A stretch of 54,419 bases of DNA from Solobacterium sp. (GTDB taxonomy: Bacteria; Bacillota_I; Bacilli_A; Erysipelotrichales; Erysipelotrichaceae), in NCBI GenBank assembly GCA_017420585.1, contig JAFOIT010000201.1, positions 1-54,419 on the forward strand. The letters are read 5' to 3'. Below the pieces are notes generated by a model. That model worked only from the letters and a program-made list of their open reading frames with translations. It ran no database searches and had not been told where the DNA came from. The position numbers were made by a program, and so were the translations under genes. This document shows, in pieces, positions 1 through 9,173 of this stretch (its first letter is position 1; each line of letters starts with the position of its first letter).

Positions 1-125
1 CATTTGATTTAGCTCTTTAACTGACTCTCTCGTCAGTTCTTTCCATAAATTCTTGACGTTTCGTTGCTTAATTCCTGTTCAGTTTTCAAAGATCACTGCT
101 TCGGCTTTTTCCTTACCTCAGCAAA
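1..125 (-). rRNA. rRNA operon 5' leader and probable first bases of 16S rRNA (gene continues outside the window)
   Basis: Minus strand has GTGATCTTTGAAAACTGAACA (76-96), the Firmicutes pre-16S boxA/processing-stem motif. It ends ...AAATCAAATG at base 1, as expected just before GAGAGTTTGATCC. No credible ORF. Confidence 0.75.
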
Positions 126-130
126 TCAAG

Positions 131-159
131 AGTTTACTACTTTCCAAATTGACTGTCAA
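131..159 (-). promoter_or_regulatory. rrn P2-like sigmaA promoter
   Basis: TTGACA (154-159), 17 bp spacer, TAAACT (131-136); AT-rich UP-like tract upstream. Confidence 0.75.
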
Positions 160-222
160 CAGTTTTTTCAGAAATTGTTTTATCCTGATTTTCTGACGTC
201 CGGTTTTACCGAGCGCTTTGTT

Positions 223-250
223 ATATTACCACATTTATTCTGTTTGTAAA
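223..250 (-). promoter_or_regulatory. rrn P1-like sigmaA promoter
   Basis: TTTACA (245-250), 16 bp spacer, TG-G-TAATAT (223-228); A-tract upstream. Confidence 0.65.
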
Positions 251-270
251 CCCCTGATTTTTATTTTTTT

Positions 271-834
271 TCAGTTCTTTTTTTCGGAGTACGGTTCATC
301 CTGTTCAGCGGTTTTCATCCGGCGGTACTGGCGGTAATACCGTTCAATACATTCGTCATTGAACGGATCTTCCCGGTTTTCCATTTTCGTCAGCAGTTCC
401 TGCATCTGCCGTCTGAGAATATCCCTGATCTCATCCGGATAGCCCATCAGGTCAGCGTGCATCGCGTATTCATTCTCATCCAGGATCTGATAGGTATGGT
501 CCGGATACAGTTTGACATCCAGATCATAATCGATATTCTTGATGGCTTCCCCGTCATACAGGCTCGGTGACGCCAGGTTTACATAGAAGAAGATGCCGGT
601 CTTGCGGATCATGGAAATCACGTTGTACCAGCGGTCTGTCCAGAAAAAGCACACAGCAGGTTCGCGGGTAAACCAGCGGCGGCCGTCAGCCTCGACGACC
701 CAGGCCTTGTCCGTTACCGCCACATAGTGCGTTTCATCCGCTTCCAGCACAAAACCGCGGCACCACGTACGGTGCAGTGATCCGTCATGCTTGAAACTCT
801 GGATATATACTTCTTTTCCCGGTACCGGCTTCAT
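271..834 (-). CDS. ygaC: DUF402 family nucleoside tri/diphosphate phosphatase (YgaC/Ntdp-like)
   Basis: IQSFKHDGSLHRTW, TREPAVCFF, YVNLASP and IDYDLDVK motifs. Confidence 0.85.
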   Translation of the reverse strand: MKPVPGKEVYIQSFKHDGSLHRTWCRGFVLEADETHYVAVTDKAWVVEADGRRWFTREPAVCFFWTDRWYNVISMIRKTGIFFYVNLASPSLYDGEAIKNIDYDLDVKLYPDHTYQILDENEYAMHADLMGYPDEIRDILRRQMQELLTKMENREDPFNDECIERYYRQYRRMKTAEQDEPYSEKKN

Positions 835-879
835 CTGCTCTGCCCTTTCTGCACGTCATATTGTATACCATACAAACAG

Positions 880-910
880 AAAAAAAGTGCAAATTTGAAT
901 CTGCACTTTT
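880..910 (-). terminator. intrinsic terminator after thiT
   Basis: AAAAGTGCA...TGCACTTTT inverted repeat with a T-tract on the minus strand. Confidence 0.7.
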
Positions 911-924
911 CCGGAAGCGGATAC

Positions 925-1473
925 TCAGCGCATGAACCTGGCCTTCTGCAGGCGGCTGATCAGCAGCGGCACAACCGCCGCGCAGACAATCGCCGTTACC
1001 AGGTTGTACCAGAGATTGTAATTCAGGGAATAGATCCAGGCCGGCACCGAACCTGCGGCTGCCCCTTCCGGCCAGTAATAGACGCCGGACAGCACGTTGG
1101 ACGCGTACTTCAGGAACATCGAGATGACCACGCCGATCAGGAACCGGTTCTTTCCCCGGCCGCCGAACAGGCTGGCAATGCCGACCACAATCAGCGGGAT
1201 GAAGTAGTCCAGGGCATACTGCATCGGATTCAGGAACCATCTGCCGCTGCCCATGACAAAGGTGATCAGCCAGGACAGCAGGGCAACGCCGATGCCGTAG
1301 CTCCAGCCCAGATGCCACGAGGCAATAAACACGGCAATCAGTTCGATTTCAATCGAGCCGCCGTTGGGCATCTGCAGGAACGGTATGAAGTTCCCTACGG
1401 TTTTCAGCACCACATACAGTGCCGCGTAAAGGGCCATATAGGCCAGAAGCTTTGTCTGATTTCCGGTTTTCAT
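925..1473 (-). CDS. thiT: ECF S-component thiamine transporter ThiT
   Basis: Hydrophobic; MPNGGSI, PMQYALDY, SGVYYW and YSLNYN motifs; TPP riboswitch upstream. Confidence 0.9.
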   Translation of the reverse strand: MKTGNQTKLLAYMALYAALYVVLKTVGNFIPFLQMPNGGSIEIELIAVFIASWHLGWSYGIGVALLSWLITFVMGSGRWFLNPMQYALDYFIPLIVVGIASLFGGRGKNRFLIGVVISMFLKYASNVLSGVYYWPEGAAAGSVPAWIYSLNYNLWYNLVTAIVCAAVVPLLISRLQKARFMR

Positions 1474-1513
1474 AATAAAACACCTCCAATTCGAAGGCGT
1501 AAGGGTCAGATTT

Positions 1514-1589
1514 TGAACTCCCTACGCTAGCATAACCTAGATCAGGTGATAAGGGTTCTCTCTCAGCATTTACATGCGCCCCTGTTCAC
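1514..1589 (-). ncRNA. TPP (THI-box) riboswitch aptamer
   Basis: Minus strand: GAAC-AGGGGCGC...GCTGAGA...ACCCTT..ACCTGATCTAGGTTATGCTAGCGTAGGGA-GTTC, matching the TPP consensus with P1 GAAC/GTTC. Confidence 0.95.
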
Positions 1590-1596
1590 GATTGAT

Positions 1597-1605
1597 ATTA
1601 TAGCA
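1597..1605 (-). promoter_or_regulatory. extended -10 promoter for the TPP-thiT transcript
   Basis: TG-C-TATAAT about 7 nt upstream of the aptamer. Confidence 0.7.
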
Positions 1606-1684
1606 CTATATTTCCGTATTTCCACAGGACAGCAAACGGTTTCCCGCGGTCTTATTCTTATTAATATATGATATAGTACATTTT

Positions 1685-2143
1685 ATGGAAAACATGATGA
1701 TTAAAGAAATCGCGGCTCTCCTCGAGGAGCCGGACCTGACTGCCGCCCTGGCCAATGTCAGTGCCTGCATCAAGATGAACTACGACAACCTCAACTGGGC
1801 CGGCTTCTATCTGGTCCGGAACAATGAACTGGTGCTCGGCCCCTTCCAGGGCAAGCCGGCATGCACGCACATTGCCTTTGACAAGGGTGTCTGCGGGGCA
1901 TGCTACCGGGAGAAAGCCGTCCAGCGGGTGGATGATGTCTTTGCCCGGCCGGAACACATTGCCTGTGACGCTGACAGCCGCAGTGAACTGTGTGTGCCGA
2001 TCCTGGTCAACGGTGACGTCGTCGGGGAAATCGATCTGGACGCGCCGGTAAAGTGCCGGTTCACGGAAAAGGAGGAAAAAGAAATGCTGCAGGCAGCGGA
2101 AGCCATCGCTTCAGCGTGGGTGCAGCATCACTGGTCTGTTTAA
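1685..2143 (+). CDS. msrC: GAF-domain free methionine-R-sulfoxide reductase (fRMsr)
   Basis: NWAGFYL, LGPFQGKPAC, GVCG, HIACD.SRSE motifs with conserved Cys. Confidence 0.88.
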   Translation: MENMMIKEIAALLEEPDLTAALANVSACIKMNYDNLNWAGFYLVRNNELVLGPFQGKPACTHIAFDKGVCGACYREKAVQRVDDVFARPEHIACDADSRSELCVPILVNGDVVGEIDLDAPVKCRFTEKEEKEMLQAAEAIASAWVQHHWSV

Positions 2144-2952
2144 CGGTACAGGTCGTATACCACGGTTTTTTCGAAATATTCGGTCGCTTCGTCAATGGCA
2201 TCCACAGCCGAGAAGAAACTGATCGGGCAGTTATTGAGCATGGTCCTGCGGACCATGCCTTTCTTTTCCATGATCGCGCCGATCTTCTCGAACTCACTGT
2301 TGTCCAGGGCGAGATCGAGGTATTTGCGCCAGCGGTTTTCCTCACCCTCGGCCGCCGCGGCACAGTCCACCCGGATCGGCCGGCAGTCGGTGCGGTATTC
2401 CGCCAGGTGCATGCAGGTGCACTTGTCATACCCGGTGCCGATCAGCAGCACATGGCCGCGCAGTTCATACAGCCGGGCCGTCGGTGATTCCTCTGCCAGC
2501 GGGAAATGAATAGACTGCCGGTTGCACAGCAGCCGCGCATACTTGCCCCAGGCCGCATACGACAGCGACGGATGACCGGAGTAAACCACCCCGTTGCGGT
2601 GCCGGAAATTCTCCGGGATCGCCCCCATATACTGGATATCCGTATTTTCGGGATGATACGGCGGGGTGTTGTCCCGCAGGACCTGCCACAGCGACGGATC
2701 CACCGGCGGATTCTCCCAGCCGCTCGGATCGGTATTGTCCCCGGTCTGCATCGGCATCAGGATCGTGCCGCTGTCCCCGCACAGTTCCATCAGGGCATCC
2801 ACAACCGTTCGGGCCCCGCCTGCCACATAGCCCAGGGCGGAGAGCGAGGAATGCACTTCAATCACCATCCCGCTGCGGGCCCCCACGGCACTCAGGGCAG
2901 CCAGCAGGCTGTCTTTTGTTACGACCTGTCTGATTGTCTGCTGGTTTTTCAT
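2140..2952 (-). CDS. AAC(3)/YokD-family (Antibiotic_NAT) N-acetyltransferase
   Basis: VHSSLSALG, GTILMP, MGAIPENFR, SGHP, SPTARLY and LLIGTGYDKCTCMHLAE motifs. Confidence 0.85.
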   Translation of the reverse strand: MKNQQTIRQVVTKDSLLAALSAVGARSGMVIEVHSSLSALGYVAGGARTVVDALMELCGDSGTILMPMQTGDNTDPSGWENPPVDPSLWQVLRDNTPPYHPENTDIQYMGAIPENFRHRNGVVYSGHPSLSYAAWGKYARLLCNRQSIHFPLAEESPTARLYELRGHVLLIGTGYDKCTCMHLAEYRTDCRPIRVDCAAAAEGEENRWRKYLDLALDNSEFEKIGAIMEKKGMVRRTMLNNCPISFFSAVDAIDEATEYFEKTVVYDLYR

Positions 2953-2983
2953 ATCCTTTCCCCTTTCCTGTTTCTGTTCATTT

Positions 2984-3541
2984 TCAGTCAGGCACCTTCC
3001 GGCTGCGCCGCAGATGTTCCATCAGTTCTTCTGTCACCCGGTCCAGGCCGGCTTCCGTAAACGCACCGGTTTTCAGCATCATATAACCGGTCATCAGGCT
3101 CTTTTTGAATGCTTCGGTATCTTCCGGCCTGAGCTGCGTCATGTCCAGTGAGTTGCAGGCCATGATCACCTGCTGCAGCAGCACGGCCTTCTGCATGACC
3201 ATGTGCTCCTGCGCTGTTTCCTGCAGCACCCGGGACAGTGGCCAGTGCCGGTTGGTATCCGTCAGCGCCACCTTGATCGCATCAAAGTCACCGGTTACCG
3301 TTTCAATCTGCCGGAGCAGCTCCACCAGTTCTTCCCGGGGCAGGTCTGCCATCAGCATGTATTTCCCGGCTGGCAGAGCATGCGGGCCGCGGTGTTCGTC
3401 CATTTTCTCAAACAGCTCTTCCAGCGGCTCATCCAGGCAGGTGTCATCCACGATCCCGGTCGCAATCCCGAGACTGTCCGCAGCCGCCCGGCAGATTGCC
3501 AGGTCCTGCCAGTCCATGCCGTAAAAAAGTATCTTTTTCAT
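2984..3541 (-). CDS. DUF3783-like protein with C-terminal extension
   Basis: KVALTDTNRHWPLSRVLQETAQEH resembles the DUF3783 motif; start set at MKKILFYG. Confidence 0.6.
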   Translation of the reverse strand: MKKILFYGMDWQDLAICRAAADSLGIATGIVDDTCLDEPLEELFEKMDEHRGPHALPAGKYMLMADLPREELVELLRQIETVTGDFDAIKVALTDTNRHWPLSRVLQETAQEHMVMQKAVLLQQVIMACNSLDMTQLRPEDTEAFKKSLMTGYMMLKTGAFTEAGLDRVTEELMEHLRRSRKVPD

Positions 3542-3646
3542 TGTTCTCTTTTCCCTGTTATTCATGATAATCGGTCTTCCCCGATGAATCAATTTGGTTC
3601 TGTTTTTTTTGCCGTTCGATTATAATAAATACCAGAAAGGTTATGT

Positions 3647-4033
3647 ATGGCAATGAAAATATATCAGTCTGCTGAAGATTATCTTGAAACGATTCTTTTC
3701 CTGCAGGAAAAAAACGGATATGTCCGCTCCGTCGATATTGCCCAGGACCGCGGTCTGAGCAAGCCGAGTGTCAGCGTAGCCATGAAGAAGCTGCGTGAAA
3801 ACGGCTATATCCAGATGGGCCGTGACGGTTCAATCAAACTTCTGGAACCGGGATATGAAATTGCCCGGCGGACAGCCGAACGGCATCACCTGCTGACCAG
3901 CCTGTTCATTGCGCTCGGCGTGGATCCGGAAACCGCTGAAGATGATGCCTGCAAAATCGAGCACGACCTGAGCGGTGAAACGTTCGACCGGATCAAGGAC
4001 TACGTTACAAAAGCAGGGATCAAAACAGAATAA
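3647..4033 (+). CDS. DtxR/MntR-family metal-dependent transcriptional regulator
   Basis: SAEDYLETI, SKPSVSVAMKKL, ERHHLL, DACKIEHDLS. Confidence 0.9.
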   Translation: MAMKIYQSAEDYLETILFLQEKNGYVRSVDIAQDRGLSKPSVSVAMKKLRENGYIQMGRDGSIKLLEPGYEIARRTAERHHLLTSLFIALGVDPETAEDDACKIEHDLSGETFDRIKDYVTKAGIKTE

Positions 4034-4040
4034 CAAGAAG

Positions 4041-4067
4041 AAAAAAGCCGGTTGCCCGGCTTTTTTT
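4041..4067. terminator. bidirectional intrinsic terminator
   Basis: AAAAAAGCCGG-TTGC-CCGGCTTTTTTT between convergent genes. Confidence 0.85.
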
Positions 4068-4768
4068 CATGCCTTCAGTTTTTTCAGTTCCGCACTGACC
4101 GCGGCCAGGATCACAGCGGTTTTTTCCGGATCCAGGTCAACGCCTGTCTCGGCCGGGTCTTCAATCAGCCGGCGCGGTTTGCCGAGGTCCTTGTCCTTCA
4201 TGAAATCCAGGCCGATCGGCGGCAGGTCCAGTTCGGTCTTGCCGGTGATGACACCATAGTCAGCGGCAGCGATCAGGTAGTCACCGTAAAGGGAAGCGTG
4301 TTCGCCGTCCTTCCAGTACAGTTCGATCTCCGGATGTTCGTTCTGCAGCTTCTGCCAGGCCAGGCCGACCGGGGAAAGCAGGGCCCCGGTTTCCGCCGCC
4401 AGCTTTGTATAGCAGTCGATCATCTTGGCCTGGTTTTCCGGGAATCTCTTTTCCGCCCAGGTCATGAGAATCACCGGCACGGTACCGGCAGTGCGGCACA
4501 TTTCGATGATCCGCTTGGCGTTCGTGAAGGTGCTTTCCACTTCCGGGAACGGGTGGGCACCCTGCTGGATCACGCAGTAGTCATAGCCGCCGTAAAGAAT
4601 GTTGAACCGGGTGGCGAAGTATTCGTCCATATGCCAGTCGAGATACTTGCCCGGGTAAGCCAGCATGGTGACTTCCGGCTTCTGTCCGTCTGTTTCGCAG
4701 AATCTCGCAAACAGTTCGGGCATGTCGTTGAAGAACGTGTGACTGTTGCCGATAAACAATACTTTCAT
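4067..4768 (-). CDS. SGNH/GDSL-like hydrolase (DUF4886-like)
   Basis: VLFIGNSHT block I and DGEHAS (DxxH); GGAGG SD before MKVLFIG. Confidence 0.75.
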   Translation of the reverse strand: MKVLFIGNSHTFFNDMPELFARFCETDGQKPEVTMLAYPGKYLDWHMDEYFATRFNILYGGYDYCVIQQGAHPFPEVESTFTNAKRIIEMCRTAGTVPVILMTWAEKRFPENQAKMIDCYTKLAAETGALLSPVGLAWQKLQNEHPEIELYWKDGEHASLYGDYLIAAADYGVITGKTELDLPPIGLDFMKDKDLGKPRRLIEDPAETGVDLDPEKTAVILAAVSAELKKLKA

Positions 4769-4921
4769 AATTCCTCCTCTGTTCACCGCGCATCGTTTTT
4801 GTCTATGCGGGTTTTATAAAATAATGATACATGAAAAATCATGCCGATTGGGAAAAAACATCTGATTGACGAATCTTTGAAGATGACATACGCTGAAATT
4901 AACAACGGAGGAATAATTATA

Positions 4922-6073
4922 ATGAAAATCATTAAAAATGCCCTGGTGTACGCACCGGCTCCCCTGGGCAAAAAAGACATTCTTATTGAAGGTGAGAAGA
5001 TCGTCCGCCTGGCCGACAAAATCGATGAATATGACGCCATCGATGAAGTCGAGAAAATCGATGCCGGCGGTCACATGGTTGTGCCGGGATATCTTGACAT
5101 CCATGAGCATATTACCGGCGGCGGCGGTGAAGGCGGCCCGACCACCAGAGTACCGGAATCCCAGCTGTCCGTGATTGTCGGCAGCGGCGTGACAACCGTT
5201 GTCGGCCTGTTGGGCACAGACGGTATTTCCCGCAGCCTCGAGAACCTTCTGGAAAAGACAAAGTCCTATAATGAACTCGGCATCACCTGCTTCATGCTGA
5301 CAGGTTCCTACGGCCTGCCGACCGTCACCCTGACCGGCGACGCGGAACGCGATATCATGCTGTTCAGCCAGATCATCGGTGTCAAGACATCCATGTCCGA
5401 CCACCGCAGCTCCAATATCACCGGCGAAGAACTGATCCGCCTTGCCACAGCCGCAAGACGCGGCGGCCTGCTGGCCGGTAAAGCCGGCTTCACCTGCATC
5501 CACATGGGTGACAGCCCGCGGAAGCTGGAACCGCTGTTCTATGCCATTGATCATGCCGATGTGCCGATTTCCAAGTTCCTGCCGACCCACATGACCAGGA
5601 ACCCGGGCCTGTTTGAAGACGGCATCGAATTCATGAAGCGCGGCGGCTTCATCGACGTCACTGCCGGTGAGACCCTTGAAGACAATCGGAAGATGGCCGA
5701 CATGCTTGTCCACGCCTTTGCTGAAGCCGGTTATGACAACATGACCATGACCAGTGACGGCTACGGTTCCATGCCGAAGTTCAATGAAAAGAAAGAACTC
5801 ATCGGCCTGACCTACAGCACCCCGAAGTCCCTGCACCAGCTGATCAAGGTCCTGGTCAAGGAAAAGGATGTACCGCTGGAAGAAGCCCTGAAGCTGCTCA
5901 CCATCACCCCGGCCAGAATCATCAACCAGACCGGCATCAAGGGCACCATCGCGGCCGGTGCCGATGCTGACCTCATCATCTATGACGATGACATGGAAGT
6001 CGATACAGTCTTTGCCCGCGGCAGACTGGCTGTCGATCACAAGAACATCCTGATGAAGGGAAAGTTCGAATAA
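4922..6073 (+). CDS. iadA: isoaspartyl dipeptidase (beta-aspartyl peptidase)
   Basis: DIHEHITGGGGEGGP, GVTTVVGLLGTDG, SDHRSS, PTH and SDGYGSMP; GGAGG SD before ATG 4922. Confidence 0.93.
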   Translation: MKIIKNALVYAPAPLGKKDILIEGEKIVRLADKIDEYDAIDEVEKIDAGGHMVVPGYLDIHEHITGGGGEGGPTTRVPESQLSVIVGSGVTTVVGLLGTDGISRSLENLLEKTKSYNELGITCFMLTGSYGLPTVTLTGDAERDIMLFSQIIGVKTSMSDHRSSNITGEELIRLATAARRGGLLAGKAGFTCIHMGDSPRKLEPLFYAIDHADVPISKFLPTHMTRNPGLFEDGIEFMKRGGFIDVTAGETLEDNRKMADMLVHAFAEAGYDNMTMTSDGYGSMPKFNEKKELIGLTYSTPKSLHQLIKVLVKEKDVPLEEALKLLTITPARIINQTGIKGTIAAGADADLIIYDDDMEVDTVFARGRLAVDHKNILMKGKFE

Positions 6074-6077
6074 GCTG

Positions 6078-6120
6078 AAAGAAAACGGCTGTCCGGAGTC
6101 AATCCGGACAGCCTTTCTTT
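6078..6120. terminator. bidirectional intrinsic terminator
   Basis: GGCTGTCCGGA-GTCAA-TCCGGACAGCC flanked by A- and T-rich tracts. Confidence 0.85.
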
Positions 6121-6125
6121 ATTTA

Positions 6126-6677
6126 TTACAGCAGTTTTGCTAGTTCATCGGCAGACAGGTTGTCGTTGCTGGCCTTGCCGTAGTAGTCAAATACGATGTC
6201 CAGGTCATGATCGAGGACAAACGTTGCCGGCAGCTGCAGTTCCTCCCCTTCGTAAGCACCGTGGGTCAGGCCGGCCGCCTTGACAATGGCCCGCTTGGCA
6301 GCCCATTTCTCGGAATTGAAGTCATGCAGTTCATCCTTGTCCTTCGCAACCGGAATTTCGAATTCCAGGTACAGTTCCCGGTCCGGGTCACAGATCACTT
6401 CAAACGGCAGCGGGAAATCCTTTGTTTCATCCGCCACCCGCTGCGGGTCCGACTGCAGCACGATCAGCAGCTGCCCGCCGGTCTCTTTGATCTTTTCATA
6501 GTTCAGCGCATACTGCCGGATTTCAAACTGGCAGCTGGTGCAGCCCAGATAGCGGAGAAAGACCAGCGCTGTCCTGCCGGGAACCCGCCGGACTGTTTCC
6601 CCAAGGGTGCAGCCGGTTTCGAACGGAGTGCGGAATGTGAAGTCACGCATCACATCCCCTGTGTGCAGTTTTGTCAT
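6126..6677 (-). CDS. peroxiredoxin-like AhpC/TSA (redoxin) family protein
   Basis: FLRYLGCTSC CxxC, ICDPDRELY and QLPATFV motifs. Confidence 0.75.
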   Translation of the reverse strand: MTKLHTGDVMRDFTFRTPFETGCTLGETVRRVPGRTALVFLRYLGCTSCQFEIRQYALNYEKIKETGGQLLIVLQSDPQRVADETKDFPLPFEVICDPDRELYLEFEIPVAKDKDELHDFNSEKWAAKRAIVKAAGLTHGAYEGEELQLPATFVLDHDLDIVFDYYGKASNDNLSADELAKLL

Positions 6678-6692
6678 TCTTTTTTTTCCTCC

Positions 6693-7757
6693 TTATTTTT
6701 CCAGCAGGCGGATCAGCGCATCGCCGCATTCCTGCGTCGAAGCCGTGCCGCCCAGGTCAACGGTCAGTGAATCTTCTGTTTCGACCATGGTCTCAATGGC
6801 TTTCATGATTTTCCCTGCCCACGCGTCATGGCCGAAGAATTCCAGCATGTCCGCCACGGAACGGATCATCGCCAGCGGATTGGCAATGCCCTTCCCGGCA
6901 ATATCGGGAGCCGAACCGTGAATCGGTTCGAACATGGACGGATACTTCCGTTCCGGGTTCAGATTGGCGCCTGATGCCAGGCCCATACCGCCGGAAATCG
7001 CTGCCCCCAGGTCCGTCAGGATGTCCCCGAACAGATTGGACGCCACCACGACCTGGAAGCGTTTCGGATCCTTCACCATGAACATGCTGGCCGCATCAAC
7101 CAGGAATGTCTGGGTCTTCACATCGGGATATTCCTTCCCGACTTCCGCAAATACCTGATCCCAGAAAACCATGGAATAATTCAGCGCGTTGCCCTTGGAA
7201 ATGGAAGTCAGCGTCATCTGCTTCTTCCGCGCCAGTTCATAGGCATACCGCATGATCCGCTCACAGCCCATCCGTGAGAAGACCCCGTTCTGGATAACAA
7301 CTTCCTGCGGTGTGTCCGGATACAGCCAGGCACCGCTGCCATGGTATTCCCCTTCACTGTTTTCCCGGATGAAAATCATGTTGATGTCCTCCGGCTTAAC
7401 ATCCTTCAGCGGGCAGGGTGCGCCCGGCATCAGCTGTACCGGCCGCACATTGACATACTCATCAAAGCCATGCCGGATCCTGAGCAGAAGATCCCGCAGC
7501 GAGATATGATCCGGCACCCCCGGATAGCCTACAGCCCCCAGCAGGATCGCGTCATAGTCCTTCAGGATATCCATGCCGTCCGCCGGCATCATTTCCCCGT
7601 GTTCCAGATAATACTCACAGCCCCACGGGAATTCGGTAAAGCAGAACCTGATTTCCGGGTCCAGTTCCGCGATTTTTTCCAATACCCTGATGCCTTCGTA
7701 CATCACTTCCGGGCCGATTCCGTCCCCGGCAATAACCGCAATTCTGTATTCTTTCAT
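6693..7757 (-). CDS. tartrate dehydrogenase/decarboxylase-like (isocitrate/isopropylmalate dehydrogenase family)
   Basis: GDGIGPEV, FIRENSEGEY, SNLFGDILTDL, LNPERKYPSMFEPIHGSAPDIAGKGIANP; VPDHISL is typical of the TDH clade. Confidence 0.85.
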   Translation of the reverse strand: MKEYRIAVIAGDGIGPEVMYEGIRVLEKIAELDPEIRFCFTEFPWGCEYYLEHGEMMPADGMDILKDYDAILLGAVGYPGVPDHISLRDLLLRIRHGFDEYVNVRPVQLMPGAPCPLKDVKPEDINMIFIRENSEGEYHGSGAWLYPDTPQEVVIQNGVFSRMGCERIMRYAYELARKKQMTLTSISKGNALNYSMVFWDQVFAEVGKEYPDVKTQTFLVDAASMFMVKDPKRFQVVVASNLFGDILTDLGAAISGGMGLASGANLNPERKYPSMFEPIHGSAPDIAGKGIANPLAMIRSVADMLEFFGHDAWAGKIMKAIETMVETEDSLTVDLGGTASTQECGDALIRLLEK

Positions 7758-7820
7758 GTGTTCCCTCCGCTGATACAGTTTCAGTATAGCAGATATCCCT
7801 GCCCCTATTTATCTATATAT

Positions 7821-9167
7821 TTAATCCGTAAAACTGACCGTAAGCAGGCTCACGGGCACCGGGCTGCGGAAGCGCAGCTCCGCTTCCGCATGTTCCGCCG
7901 CAGCCGCAAACCGGACGCTGTCCTGCAGTGCCTCTGTGCCGGCATAAGCCCCGTTGATGAACAGTTCCACCGTGCCGCCGGCTGTACCGCTCAGTTCCAG
8001 CCCGATTTCCTTCAGTTTCCTGATGTGGCGGAAGACCACGGCCGATTCACGGATATTGATGACCCTGTCCCGGTCGATCCGGGCCGTATCCACGGGCACA
8101 GCCCCAAACGGGATGAACGTGCCGTCTGCGCCGTCCCGCACAAAACAGGCGTGCCCGGCCGCATACCTGCCCGGTTCCAGGTCATTGCCGCTGATCCCTT
8201 CCGTACTCATCACGGCCGTAAGGAATCTGCCGTTTTCAAACCGGACCGGTTCGGCACAGGCCTGGCGGCTGTACTGGGTTCCGCACGTATGCCGGTGATA
8301 GAACACATAGAAACGGTCTGCAATCTGTACGACACTGCCGTGGTTATTGGCCCAGTTGCCGCGGAGATGCCCGTCTTCCATAGCGTTGGAGATCAGTACG
8401 CCCTGATATTCATATGGTCCGAAGATGCTGTCACTCACCGCCCAGCAGAGCTCATGCTGGTGCTGGGAAGAATAGATGAAATAGTATTTCCCGTCATACT
8501 TCCGCAGCGAGGAAGCCTCCAGGAATTCATGGCCGGCAAAGGAAGTCCCCTTACCCTGCCCGCAGCCCGGGATCACATACTGCGGAATGGTTTTCATTGT
8601 GCGCATGTCCGCTTCCAGTTCGGTGATGATGGCCCCTTTCATGTTCTGCGGCTTCAGATCCATGCCGGCAATCGGGAAGTCCACGGAAAAGCCCAGGGCC
8701 AGATAGACATGGCTGCCTTCCCGGTACAGGCCCGGGTCAAAACCGAACGGATAGAACGGCAGTTCTTCCCGCTTCACCCCGGCGGGATAGGCCACCTGCC
8801 CGTAATAGGAAAACGGGCCGGCCGGGGACTCACTGACGGCCACGCTGATACCGTCAACACCTTCCAGTTCATAGTAGAGGTAATATTTCCCGTCCGGGCC
8901 GTCAATGACATCCGGCGCATAGAGACAGCGGGTGCCGGCAGGATCATGCGGATCCTGGCCGCGGCGGTAGATCACCCCTTCACAGCGCCAGTCGGAAAGA
9001 TCATCCACGGGACAGGACCAGGCCGTATAATCCCCCGGACTGTAGCGGTCCCCGCGGTAAACATCATGCGAGCCGTAAAGATACAGCCGGCCGGCGAACA
9101 CATGCGGTTCACAATCCGGCGTATACTCGTCAAACCCGAACAGCGGGTTCAGAATCTGTTTCATCAT
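7821..9167 (-). CDS. glycoside hydrolase family 43 with C-terminal beta-sandwich
   Basis: PDCEPHVF..RLYLYGSHD, LYAPDV, FDPG, FLEASSLRK, NNHGS. Confidence 0.85.
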   Translation of the reverse strand: MMKQILNPLFGFDEYTPDCEPHVFAGRLYLYGSHDVYRGDRYSPGDYTAWSCPVDDLSDWRCEGVIYRRGQDPHDPAGTRCLYAPDVIDGPDGKYYLYYELEGVDGISVAVSESPAGPFSYYGQVAYPAGVKREELPFYPFGFDPGLYREGSHVYLALGFSVDFPIAGMDLKPQNMKGAIITELEADMRTMKTIPQYVIPGCGQGKGTSFAGHEFLEASSLRKYDGKYYFIYSSQHQHELCWAVSDSIFGPYEYQGVLISNAMEDGHLRGNWANNHGSVVQIADRFYVFYHRHTCGTQYSRQACAEPVRFENGRFLTAVMSTEGISGNDLEPGRYAAGHACFVRDGADGTFIPFGAVPVDTARIDRDRVINIRESAVVFRHIRKLKEIGLELSGTAGGTVELFINGAYAGTEALQDSVRFAAAAEHAEAELRFRSPVPVSLLTVSFTD

Positions 9168-9173
9168 GCCTCC

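Noticed and set aside
11-22. GCTCTTTAAC boxA-like motif on the plus strand
   Set aside because: Promoters and the Firmicutes leader motif point the other way; treated as coincidence
64-249. 61-aa ORF
   Set aside because: Lies antisense across the rrn promoters and leader; TTG start, no SD, atypical composition
6126-6677. Possible selenoprotein redoxin
   Set aside because: The CxxC is encoded by Cys codons with no in-frame TGA
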